The notes beneath the pieces are model-generated. The model did no database searches. It was not told where the DNA came from and saw only the letters and a list, made by a program, of their open reading frames with translations. Both the position numbers and the translations under genes were made by a program. A DNA stretch of 64,000 bases from Lama guanicoe. Lineage: Eukaryota. Shown piece by piece: positions 1 to 11,089 of this stretch (positions within the stretch are counted from its first letter, which is position 1; every line of letters starts with the position of its first letter). Location of the stretch: positions 1,798,001 to 1,862,000 of the forward strand of contig MU053304.1 in the NCBI GenBank assembly GCA_013239625.1, read 5' to 3'.

Positions 1-429
1 CACGCAAATCATATTTATTCTTTGTGAAGACTCTTCAAAGGCACTTAAAACTCCCATGTACTTAATATTTATATGTTTACACTACCTTTTGATTCGATTG
101 CCTCTTACGTAGGAAATAATCGGAGTGGAGGAAAGGCAGTCTGGGGAAGTGGAAAAAAGCATAAACTTGTGGAATTCAGAGGACTGAGTTCTCGTTCAGG
201 GTCTGCTCCTGCCCAGCCTGGAGCAGTGGTTAATTTCCTCAATGCCTCACCTTTCTCCTCAGGAAAGTCTGTCAGAGTCCCGTCCCATTTTCACAGCCTG
301 TAATTCTCCAAGTCAGGAGCAGCAGTGCACCTTACAAGGAAAGCAAGTGAACAACAAAGCTAAACCTTCAAGAGCCTCCCCCAACAGTAAACCAAAGAGC
401 AGGCACTGTGCATCATTCCATATACTCAC

Positions 430-601
430 TCCTGGTACATACATGATACATATGCACAGTACAAAGATCACACACACACGACACGACACACACATACACA
501 ACACACATCACATATCCATATATGAAACATACATCATATAGACATATAGCTATGATGCACACGTTGTATGTGCATTATATATATGTATGTATATATATAT
601 T
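430..601. repeat. CA/TA-rich low-complexity simple repeat
   Basis: Degenerate cacacac/catata/tatata runs. Confidence 0.8.
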
Positions 602-649
602 TCAGTACCTACCAAGCATCAGACTCTGCATTGCAGGAAATTCATTTAG

Positions 650-900
650 CAGATGCAGGATAGAGGTTCAAAATACAGGCTTTTCAGCCAGATTCTTCTC
701 TAGGAGTCCTGGCCACTCTATTTGCTGGGTGAGTTTAGACCTTTTCCTTAACCTCATTGCACCTCAATTTTGTCTTTTTAAAATTAGGCACAAATCTTAG
801 TTTCTGCCTCATGATGCTGGCACTTGGATTACATGAGATAATATGTAAAATATACTCATATTAATGCCCAGTACATTGCACAGATTCAATTCGCTACCAC
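650..900 (+). mobile_element. MIR-like SINE remnant
   Basis: Degenerate MIR core (tgggtgagtttagacc...ttaacctc...cctcaattttgtc...aaaat; catgagataatatgtaaa). Confidence 0.55.
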
Positions 901-942
901 TATCACCCCCTTTTATTCTCCCAGGATCTTTATAAAGTAGAA

Positions 943-1358
943 TGTCTATTCAAAGCCTCAGGAACTTCCTTGGTGAAATCGGAAGCCAGCCCTGCAACAC
1001 GGAGGGCAAGACAAAACTGAAGAAGAGAGTTGACCGCTCCATATCAGCAGGTGGCAAGAGTTAACAAGCAGAGAGCTTACCCATGAGCTGCGTCTTGGGC
1101 TCCACCAGAGTAGATCTGTGTGTCCACTGTCAGAATCTTAATAGTTTATATAGAAGCCTTAACTGGGTTTAATCTCCCGTTCAGTCCAGATGGTCTCAAC
1201 ACCACCTCACTCTCTCAAATCTGCGTCCTTGAAACTGCTCACTGTATGAGTAGGTGGAAAGTATATTCCAAGGATGGAAGGGGATGAGGAGCCTGATTGC
1301 CTGGGTTCGGCTTATAGGTCAACGGGTGGTTACATCCTCTCGACGACCTCCTCCAACA
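943..1358 (-). mobile_element. Solo LTR, ERVL-like (copy 1 of 3)
   Basis: Its reverse complement aligns by eye with 22020-22396 and 53688-54061 (tgttggaggaggtc...gttgacc...caaggac...gagaccatctggactgaa...cttgccacctg). Confidence 0.7.
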
Positions 1359-1770
1359 TGGGTATTTCTGTCTCCATATGCTGTGGCATCTGAAGGTCAA
1401 AGAGACTGAGTAATTTGTCCACCACCATCATGGGTCCTGATACAACTGTTTCGGTTAGAGTAGGCCGTTTGGGGCTGTTCTCTAAGGCAGAAAACTGTTC
1501 ACCAGGAAATGTGTCCCTTGTCTCTGGATGGTGTGGCTGACTTTTTCTTTCATGCTGACTCCAACTTCAATCCAGCATCCAGGCCCATCCTCTGCAGGAA
1601 GCAAGAAAGTTTCCTTATATTCCTGAAAGTGGGAAGAGGCGGCAGTGACGACACTGGCTACAGGCAGCTCTGGGTGCAGAGAGCAGCATAGGGACCAACT
1701 TACCAATGACTGCAGAAAACTTAGGTTCTCTGAGGGAGAAGGTGAGTGCGGAATCATCGATAGATGCAAA

Positions 1771-2243
1771 CGGGTGCACCTCGGAGCTACTGCGGGTCCG
1801 TTCCAGACCCCGCAATGAAGTGAATATCACATCAAAGCAAGTCACAGGAATTGTTTCCCAGTGCATATAAAGTTTATGTTTACGCTATACTGTAACCTAT
1901 TCTCTGCAATATATAGCATTATGACAAAAGAAGTCGTACCTTAGTTAAAAATGCTTTGTTGCTAAAAAATGCTAACCATCATCTGAACTTTCAGTGAGTC
2001 ATAGCAGCAACATCAAAGGTCACTTGATCACAGATCACCATAACAAACATAACAATAATGCAAATCCTTCAAATATTGTGAGAATTACCAAAATGTCATG
2101 CAAGACAGAAGTGAGCAAATGCTGTCGGAAAAATGGTGCCAGTAGACTTGCTCAAAGCAGGGTTGCCACTAACCTTTGATTTGTAAAAAACTCAATACTA
2201 TGAAACACAGTAAAGCGAAGTACAGTGAAGTGAGATACGTGTG
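1771..2243 (-). mobile_element. Internally deleted Tigger1 (Tigger1a-like MITE), TcMar DNA transposon
   Basis: Both Tigger1 termini are recognisable: degenerate TIRs cgggtgcacctcg / tgagatacgtgtg followed by TA. The two terminal segments are joined with no transposase between them. Confidence 0.8.
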
Positions 2244-2789
2244 TATATTAGAACCTGTGGAACTCCAGGTAAGCTGAAGGTGATACGTCACCCCATGTAG
2301 GTCTTCCTGTTTGGATCTTGGTTCAAACCTTGGGTTTGCAGTTTGCTCTAAATACGAGATTCTAAGTCTATGAGTCATAACATTGTGCATCAGTCAGGCA
2401 TTCCCACAGGATTCTCTGAAGGTTATAGAGCATGGGAACCTCACTATTGAGAGGAGTTGTCATTAAAGCCAGTGGTTCCCTGGGCTGGTCATGGAAGATG
2501 GTTTTCTCCTGTTGTGACAAATCACAAAAAATAAGGACAACTATGTTTGCATTGGTTTGTAACATTTTTGTAACATCTAGAGTATAATGCAGTTGAGTTG
2601 TAACTCTGGAATAGATCCATGGAAAGAAACCAGCAGAATTGTTTCTCAAAATGTTTCTGTTCCATCAAATTCAGAGGCCTTGGCATCCCTAGTTGGAACC
2701 AGCCTTCTGTCTTGCAGGAATAGCACCCTTGAGATAGCCAGTCATGCTGCATGGCCCTGGGAATAGTCAGTCCTGCCTTGCCCCCTACT

Positions 2790-3150
2790 TATGTGTGATC
2801 TGGAGTTATTTAACATTGTTGGGGCTCAGGGTTGAAAATGACAGTGGTTTATGTCTTATGCCACATGTCCATTGCAGGTTCCCATTGCTTTGCCACATTG
2901 CCCTCCCTCAGAGACACAGGCCAGAGGAGCCTCCCCCTTTTGGAATCTTGCTGGTCACCCCGGTCACGTGAGTCATACACTGGATTTTAAAGGCTTCCAT
3001 CTGGAAGAAGTGCATGCAATCTCCCCACACATTTCATTGGCCAAGACAAGTCATGTGACTACACCCAACTTCAAGAGGGCAAGAAAGTACAGTTCTACAG
3101 AGTTCTAGGAAGAAGGAGAGGGAGAAATATTGGCAAATAGCAGTAGGACC
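2790..3150 (-). mobile_element. MLT1 (MaLR) LTR fragment
   Basis: Diagnostic cacatttcattggccaagacaagtcatgtgactacacccaacttcaag. Confidence 0.6.
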
Positions 3151-4064
3151 AAATGTACAGTCATTCACGGCATACTCCATTTTATTTATTTTAGCTCAGC
3201 ATTTTGACTGGTTGAAAGAAATTTATGTCTTTATTCTAGTATGAATTGTATTAGCTGCCAAATTTTGAGAGTCTATGGCATTTCTTTAAAAACTTCTACT
3301 AGCCTGGTAGTGATTCACTGACTAGTGCATTCAGACTACGATTGTTCCATGGTTTTAAGTCTACTTTCTCCATAAGGCAATCATGAGAAATTCTATCACA
3401 TTCTTTGCTGAAATCAAGTCACATTTTTGGGGTATATTGCCCTCGACTTATTAAAGTAAGCTCTCTATGAAAAAGAAAATAAAGTGGATTCAGGTAAAGA
3501 TTTGATATTCTATAAATTTGGAATAATATGAACCAAAGGCCTGGATAATTGAATTTTTAGTTTTCATTTAAACATAGAGTCAACATTATTTTAATAACTT
3601 CTGTTAATAAGACATGTAATATATTAGTTGGACTCTTTGGTCAGGTACTTGGCGGTCTTTCAGATAACTGAAAATGGTCAGCCAAGTACCAAATCAGCCT
3701 TCAGAACCAAAATGACCCACTTCTTTCATGGTATTTAGTATGTGGATGTTTGGGGGCCAGGGAATAGAATACTATATTCTATTGTCCAGAATTAATCACA
3801 TTGCTCCACTTATAAGAAAGGCAGCTGGGAGATTTATTCTTACTTTTTAGCTTGTAGAAAAATGGACTTGTCTCTTCTATAATACGCCCTTTAAAGATCA
3901 AAAATAGAATGTTTTTAAAAAACTGAACAGTATTTGGAAAATTCAGAAAGCAGCATCCAGAAAATAAAACCACTATTATTCTGTATTTCAAAGGGATATG
4001 AAATTCACAATTATGGTGTGATTTTAATTAGTTCACATTCTTTCTTGTGCTTCATTTTGCTTCA

Positions 4065-4066
<2 letters not shown>

Positions 4067-4096
<30 letters not shown>
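4067..4096. repeat. (TG)15 microsatellite
   Basis: Perfect TG dinucleotide run about 1.8 kb upstream of the ATG. Confidence 0.95.
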
Positions 4097-4098
<2 letters not shown>

Positions 4099-5111
4099 GA
4101 TGGAATGGAGTGAGTGGCACTGGTCCAGTAATCCAGGATTTAAGGTAAAAGAAGTTAGTTTCGGGAAAGCATGCATATTCCAGAGGCACAGAAAGTGGAA
4201 GAAACACCTGGATGATGAGGCTAGTACCAGCAGAGGGTGCTGGTGTGGTACAAAATTAAGATTTTTTTTTTTTAAAAGAGGAGGTCACAGCTAAAAGACA
4301 GCAGGTGTGAGGGAAATGTAAGAACTGTTTGGGTTCACTTGGAGATATGAACTCCCCCGCTGCCTGCAGATTTGTCTGGTTTTCAGTGATTTCTCATAAT
4401 GGCCACATGAATTTTAAGCATCGCCTAAGTCACAAATGCCTGACACTTTTGCACCTTTGTCAGAGCGTGACTGGGAGAGGCTGTGCAGTTTGGCTCCTGT
4501 TTTCACTGGAGACTTTTATCAGCCCCTGGCTGCTCCTCTGTGGCACCTCATGCATGGGTTCATGTAAAGTCTCGACTTTCTTTTTTGCTCAGCTTTTACA
4601 AAACTGTATTTGTGTGCCCCACCCCCAAATTTTACCTAAACTCATGCTTTCCTCCTTGTCCTGACCGGTAGAGGTCGTGAAAGGTTGGACGGGAGACAAG
4701 GTGAGCTGCGTTTCCTCAGCAGAGCCTGATCTCCTTGGCTGTCAAAGCACGAGCCAGCCTAACCCAGACGTTTAGAGGAGACCCCCGCCCCCTGCCCGCC
4801 CCCCCTTCCTAAGTAGGTCGCGGTGAACGTTCCTTTTACACAGAGCTCTATAGTAAACCCTGGCAGTGCCTTCGCGAACCTGCACTTTTGAACTGCTCTT
4901 TCAAAAGAATGACAGCGTTTCTGGCTGGGAGTCAAGTGACCCACTGGGCTCCCGTCCAGCCTTTCTGGGCCTCAGTTTCCTCCTCGGGTCAACGGCAGGG
5001 TTAGACACTGATCCCGAGGCCTCTCGCAGCTCACACACCACAGTCAGACATTTCTCAGCGCGCGGCCGGCTCCGCCCTCAGGAGAGGGCCCGCGAGAAGG
5101 GAGACTCCTCG

Positions 5112-5132
5112 GTCAGCACCAAGGACAAGGGC
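5112..5132 (+). promoter_or_regulatory. RE1/NRSE (REST)-like site
   Basis: GTCAGCACCAAGGACAAGGGC versus TTCAGCACCACGGACAGCGCC: 16/21 match, perfect TCAGCACC left half and canonical 2-bp spacer. Confidence 0.55.
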
Positions 5133-5682
5133 CCCGGGGCCGGCTGCGCAGACGCAAGGTCACTTCCTAGCAAGCCGAGCGGATCAGCGGGTGTCCGGGC
5201 GCTGGGGTTTGGAGGCGGCGCGGGGAGGACTGTGTGTGCTGGGGGAGTGTTGTGGGAGGGGAAGGAGCAGCCCCGGGGAATGAAGTAAGGCCGGTCCCCG
5301 CTGCGGTCTCACAGATTCTGCGCCAAGAGGTCGCCGGCGGCTGCTGCCAGTCGGGCCACCCCTTCCTTCGTCGCGCAGGGCGGCTGCCCGCCCCTGTCCC
5401 GTCCATGGGGGGCGCCCTGCTGCTCCTGACCTGGAGACCATACAGTCCTTCCCGTGCCTGCGTTGACCTCTCCACCCCCTTTCTTTCCCGAGCCCTGTCT
5501 AGTTCCCCCCAAGGCGCGCTGCCACCCTCAGGGTCTTTTGGACACACCCACGACTCTGACCGCTCGTCTTAGGGCTGGAAGCCCTTGACGGCCTTTCTGC
5601 TCCTCCTGTTCCAACTCTCTGTGGGGGAAGGGTCCCCACGCCCCTTTCCTCCCCAGCCAGTCTGGAGCCCCCACCCCGCTTT

Positions 5683-5720
5683 CCCCGCCCCCTGCTTGCC
5701 CCGCCCCAAAGGCCCCGCCC
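5683..5720 (+). promoter_or_regulatory. Three tandem GC boxes (Sp/KLF) in a TATA-less core promoter
   Basis: CCCCGCCC at 5683, 5699 and 5713, about 150-185 bp upstream of the ATG; no TATA box nearby. Confidence 0.7.
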
Positions 5721-5723
5721 GCC

Positions 5724-5737
5724 GTTGCCCCGGGAAC
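5724..5737. promoter_or_regulatory. RFX X-box-like element
   Basis: GTTGCC-CC-GGGAAC versus GTNRCC-N0-3-RGYAAC (one mismatch), directly after the GC boxes. Confidence 0.5.
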
Positions 5738-5868
5738 CGTGGATCCCGCAGCTGCAGGAGGCGCCGAGCGCAGCCGAGCCGCTCTCTCCGCCAGCGCCGC
5801 CGCTCCCGCCGCGAGCGCCGCCGCCGCGCCTCAGCTCCGGCTCCCGCTCCGCGCCCGCTCGGTCGGCC

Positions 5869-6144
5869 ATGCCGCCCCGCCGCGCCCCGGCGCCCGGTGC
5901 GCAGCTGCTGCCTGCGCCCGTCCTACTACTATTGCTGCTCGGCGCGGGGCCCCACAGCGGCTGCCTGGCCAGTCCAGTGCCCGCCGCGCCCCTGCCCGTG
6001 CCGGGCCCCTGCGCCGCGCAGCCCTGCCGGAATGGGGGTGTGTGCACCCAGCGCCCCGCGCCCGGCCCGCAGTCCTCGGCCCCCGCCGGCGAGCCCGGCT
6101 ACAGCTGCACCTGCCCCGCCGGGTTTTCCGGCGCCAACTGCCAG
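5869..6144 (+). CDS. DNER: DNER coding exon 1 (signal peptide + EGF-like domain 1; 92 codons; CDS continues beyond the window)
   Basis: ATG at 5869 in gccATG context. Translation MPPRRAPAPGAQLLPAPVLLLLLLGAGPHSGCLASPVPAAPLPVPGPCAAQPCRNGGVCTQRPAPGPQSSAPAGEPGYSCTCPAGFSGANCQ closely matches the mammalian DNER N-terminus as recalled (MQPRRAQAPGAQLLP...PCAAQPCRNGGVCT...GEPGYSCTCPAG.SGANCQ). Leu-rich h-region and six-Cys EGF motif. Ends at a consensus donor CAG|GTGAGT (phase 0). Confidence 0.96.
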
Positions 6145-8843
6145 GTGAGTGGACGCGGCGGGCGCGGCGCAGGGCGCCAGCCGGGGTCCCGAAACCTCTC
6201 CCCGCCCGGCACTGCACGCTGCCCGGCGCGGTTCTCCAGGGTGCCTGACACGAACTTCTACCCTTTCGGGAAGGGGATGGGTCTGGACTCTTGGCCCGCG
6301 TGGATGCAGACCCCTGGCCAACCTTACAAGTGTCGCTTTTCTGCCCACTTTAGTTCTCCAACCGTGCCAGCTCGGGGCTCTCGGGGCGCACCGCTCCAGG
6401 GCCCGGCAGCGCCACTAGACCTGGTACTCCTGGCACGACCATTAGCCACCAAGTGGCGCGCCCCTCTCGGCCCAGGCGGAGCCACACTCTGTTAGAGCCG
6501 GATCTCGGTGCTCACCCTGGCAGGGCAGAGGGGCCAGCTCCGAGCGTCCCTGGCGGGATGTTTAGTGTCCAGATGGCCCCTGCTCCTTGTCCCTCTGACC
6601 CTGCGTGTGTCGAGGGTGAGCAGTATAGGAGGCAGGGAATGGCGTGCTCCGTGCCAGCGGGTCCGGGACTTTCTTTCCTATCCTCCACCTTTGAGGGCTC
6701 TACCAAGGCAGCCGGAAGCCGAGGCCGAAAGGTCAACCGGCTCCCCGCGGCCTGCGACCAGCCCTTTCTGAGCTTAGGACGAAGTGTTGGAGCAGTAGGA
6801 AGCATTCGAGAGGACATTGTGAGTGGGGCTTGGTGTGTCGCCCTCCCGGCTGGATGCCCCTGGAGGCGCACGTTTGAGGTGAGCAGCCAGGACGTGAGCA
6901 GGGCACTGGGAGGCTTCGAGGAAGCCGTGGGGCGGTGCAAGGGATGGGAGATGGCCAGCTGCTGCCGGTGGATCTGGGATTTTCAAGAGAATTTGGCAGA
7001 TGATAATAAAAGAGGCTGGATTACAAGTATGTGAATGCTCGCGTCAGACCTACTAACCTACTAACATCAACATTTTTAATAGGCTATTTGGTAGACCGAT
7101 GTGTGCAGGTAGATAATCCCCAAGTCTCTATTCCAGGGCAGGCAAATAATGGATTTATCTGAAACGATTGTATTAAACCAAGTGCCTGTGGAATATATCT
7201 GGGAACCAATGCTTTCTTTCTTACATTTGGATTGGAGAACTTTTGTTTCATATAAATTTGATTACATGCCCCAAGAGTTACTTTGAAAATGCTCAAATGC
7301 ACTTTTATTTCTGTGGGGAAGAGGCCACATATGACATGATATGATTTGATATGATAGAATGTAATAAATAGGCTTCAGTTTTTATTAACAGAAGTAAACC
7401 GGATTGAGAAACTTGACCTTGACAGAATTTGGGCTATTTCTTAGAATCTTGTTTTTTTCTCTCATTAGTAGCAAATTATCGAACTGAATCTGTGTTTTCA
7501 ATGTCAGTCTGTCTCTTTGATCTATCTCTTCGTCTTTGTTAATTGGTTCCAATAAGGTTTAAGTCCCACAAAGGGAATGAGGAGGAGGAGGATGATAATG
7601 ATGAGTGTGTGTCATGTGACCATGTGGAGCAGATTTGGGGCAGGAGGACTCTTTGGGGAGATGCCTATTACAGCCATTCGACCATTAGGACAAAATCTTG
7701 CTTATTAATTTCCCCTGTTGATTGATGATTTACATGACTTTTACTGAAGAAATGAGTTGCCTGAGTGCTTCTGTCAAACTACTCTTATATTTACATGTCT
7801 GAAATCCATCCTTGAAAGAAGTAGTTGATTTGGACTCGGAATGTAGTAGGGATGGGCAGGAGAAGGTACGTTAGGGTATGCATCAGTTTAAGTAAATGGG
7901 AAGAAAGACTGGACATTGGAAATTTAACCCAACTCTGAGATTTTTTGTGTGTGTGACTAAAAATAGGTGTGAAAAATCTTCGAGAAAGAGAAAGACCTCT
8001 TTAGTGCTTCCTAAAGATGACTCACAGAACAGTATAAATATTTTTTGTCCTTAAGTGGTGGACATATAATGTTTTCATTCAGACACAAGTCATGAACTAA
8101 TACACAGATATTGCAGAACCAACCGGTTCAAAACAGATTCGGGCTTCTAGCTCCCATCTGAGACAGTCTTAGCTATGTGAACGCTGTCACCTGGGGAGAA
8201 GCAATACTGGGTGTCGTGAGTTCCGAGTTGAAGAGAGCCAGAGTAACTGTAATTCTAACGGGAAAGCTTAGCAAATTTGGAACCTGATCTGGCTTGGTTA
8301 CCCAGAAGAACTGGACTGAGATGATTCAGAGCCTTATAAACCCATAAAAAATTGATTCCTCATCATTTTAACTTAATCTTTCATGATCTTGCAGTAACAC
8401 TTGAGATGCTCATTTTCGATGGAGGGCGGGGGAAAGGCCATCAATAGGGAAGTCAAACAGGGGGAAAAAAACCTTACACATACTCATTTACAGAGAAGGG
8501 GAATGGATGTTAGCCATTGCAGACAGTGTGGTTGCTGAAACAGAACCTCATGCTCACTGGATACATTGAAAATGGAAATTTACCTGTACGGGTAAGCAGA
8601 AAGTGTCACCACCCCGCCCCCCAACTACAAAGACAATAATATTAGCAATGGAAACATACAAATCTAACTCTGAAGTTTCTTTTCTTTTTTTCTTTCTCTC
8701 CCCCTCCCTTTCTTCCTCCCCTCCTTTCTTTTTCTTTTTCTTTCTTTTCTTCCGCCCCACCTCTTCTTCTTTTGTGGAAACAATTAAGAAAACCATGAAA
8801 CACTAAATGGAATTAAAATGGATTAAGGCCATCTTCAGCTTTT

Positions 8844-8946
8844 TTTTTTTAACTTTTTTTTTTTTTAAATGGAGGTGCTGGGGATTGAACACAGGACTCA
8901 TGCATGCTAAGCACATACTCTACCACTGAGCTCTACCCTGCCCGGG
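8844..8946 (-). mobile_element. tRNA-derived SINE (Vic-1-like)
   Basis: ggggattgaac...ctctaccactgagct (reverse B and A boxes) with a T-tail; perfect TSD TCTTCAGCTTTT at 8832-8843 and 8947-8958. Confidence 0.9.
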
Positions 8947-11015
8947 TCTTCAGCTTTTGTGTGGTCAGCTGACTGTCATTAGGGCAAGTCCATGGGTCCA
9001 GGCAGTGCTTATTGTACCAGCCGGTGGCAGGAACTCACAGGATCTGGGGACTGCGTGGTGTGAAGGGAGAACATGTGGGTTTGAGACTGAGCTGCCGCAG
9101 TTAAACCTGCTGTGACAGGTGATCTTAAGAGTCTCAGTTTCCTCATCTTCAAGGATGGGCTCTACCTCACAGGGCTGGTAATAGAGTCTGATTCTGTTTT
9201 TTTGATGTCTGACTGCTGACAGCTTTTAAGCCTCCCCTGTCCCTCTACCCCTTCTGCCAACATCTAGGCAAGCTGATGAGAAATCTTAGGTGCTCCTTCC
9301 TTAGGTGCTGGCGAGAGGTTGAAACCATGCAAACCCTTGTCCGTGCTTAGGATACATCTTAAGATGCATCTTTCTAAGTCCTCTGACACACTTAAACATA
9401 CTAAGTCATGAGGATTCAATGGATTCTAAAAATGTATGTGGAAATCTCATCTACAGAGACATGATGACGATGCTGCTGACGATGCTGCTGCTGATAATGA
9501 CTAACGCTTTTCTCAAGCACTTGCCATGTGCCAGCACTGTTTCAGGGGCTTTACACATAATGGCTCACCAGTCCCTGCAGTGTCCTCTGAGCTGGGTGCT
9601 GTCACCATCCCCATTGTTTAGATGAAGTGCATAAAAGTTAAATGACCGGCCCAAGGTCACCCTGCTAGTAAGTGTAGGATTTGAACCAGGTAGCTGGTAG
9701 CTGGCTTGATGTTGAGTTGTCGAGTGTGAAGGGTGCTGAGATGAAAGTCAGCCCTGGCCCTGTCATTTTTAGCTGAGACTTAAAATAGGCTCTGTAAGCT
9801 CTTTGAGGCTTATCAGTAAACAGGGGACAGAGTGATTTCTGAGTCTGGTCTTCCTCTCAGACAAACACAGCTTGCATGGCTGTGCCCAGTGGAGGGAAAA
9901 GCCAACGAATGACAAAGACACAGCAAGTTCTTCTAATGCCACCCACCAAGCAGGCCCTTCTCTTGGGGTTAGAATTCTGGGTCCTGGCTGACTTTATTTT
10001 CACCGTGGTGACAAGCATGTGGGCACTAAATAAAAGAAACACACATATTTCTGATGGGTTTACAGAAATGTCACATTTCAAATTTAAAAAAATTGAGGCC
10101 GTTGGTCTTCTCTTTCTGGTTCATTCGGGGAAGCAGGCAGGTATCAGAGGTGGCAGCTGCTGGACAGATTTTTCTTTTCCGGTGAGCAGTCCTTCCTTCC
10201 ATGGGGCCTTCCATCAAAGGTAGGGATGATTTACATTTGTATTATTTTGTTTGTAAAGCCTTTTTATTTTAATGAAATAATTCTTTGCCAAATATTCAAG
10301 CAATCAGACACCTGTTTGTTTGTTTGGTTTTCATGTCATGTTCCCTAGGAATCTTATCCTTTGGGATTAGAATGAAAATGTGTCGATTTCTGCACTTGGA
10401 GAAAAAAGGGGCTTGTGTACGCAGTTTTACCCACTAAGCTGATTCGATAATCCTCTCTTTGATTAAACATGCTAACTTGAAACAATGGTTCTGCCTCAGA
10501 TGAATCCATTTCTGGCTGAAGTTTGCTAACAAAGAAACAATTCTAGCTCCTCGCACAGCTCGGTCTTCTCTACTGGGCTTTTTGCACACGTACACATACA
10601 TGCACACACACACTTGTGCAGAATGTCCTATATTAGCTGAGATGTCAAGGGACATTGCTTCTTTCTCTCTCAGCTAAAAATAACAGGGCCAGTTAATAGA
10701 AGCCCATTAACTTTCTGTGACCTTGAGAGAGTAATTGAACATCCCTGAACTTCAGTTTTTATATCTCCAAAGTGGACTAATAATGCTTGTCTTATTTTCT
10801 TTTTAGAAAAGATGCAATTAATAAATGAGAACACAGTGAAGTGTTTTCAATAAACATAAAAAAGTTGGGAGAATGAATTTTAAAAACGTTTTGAAAATAA
10901 AGTAAAATGTCGCACAAATACAAAGTATAGACTAGGGAAAGGATTATGTGTTTCTCATATAAAATGTGATTACAGCAGTTTATTCAGTTTCTGTAATTCT
11001 TTTCCCTCCATGAAA

Positions 11016-11089
11016 AGCTCTTCCTCCCTAGTAGGATGAGTTATGCTACAACAGCTCTTCCTCCCTAGTAGGATGAGTTATGCTACAAC
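11016..11089. repeat. Perfect 37-bp tandem duplication
   Basis: AGCTCTTCCTCCCTAGTAGGATGAGTTATGCTACAAC x2. Confidence 0.97.

Larger units (their letters stand above)
4650..6960. promoter_or_regulatory. CpG island spanning the DNER promoter, exon 1 and the start of intron 1
   Basis: Very GC- and CpG-rich compared with the CpG-depleted flanks; boundaries approximate. Confidence 0.9.

Noticed and set aside
5725..5868. 48-codon in-frame N-terminal extension of DNER in the ORF track
   Set aside because: It starts at TTG inside the promoter X-box. The ATG at 5869 has Kozak context and directly precedes the signal peptide.
4866..7034. Many long overlapping ORFs on both strands
   Set aside because: A by-product of stop-codon scarcity in the CpG island; low-complexity Arg/Pro/Gly/Ala products with no recognisable domain.
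9351..9370. 20-bp near-palindrome GATACATCTTAAGATGCATC
   Set aside because: Short and imperfect, next to an LTR-like fragment; compatible with chance.
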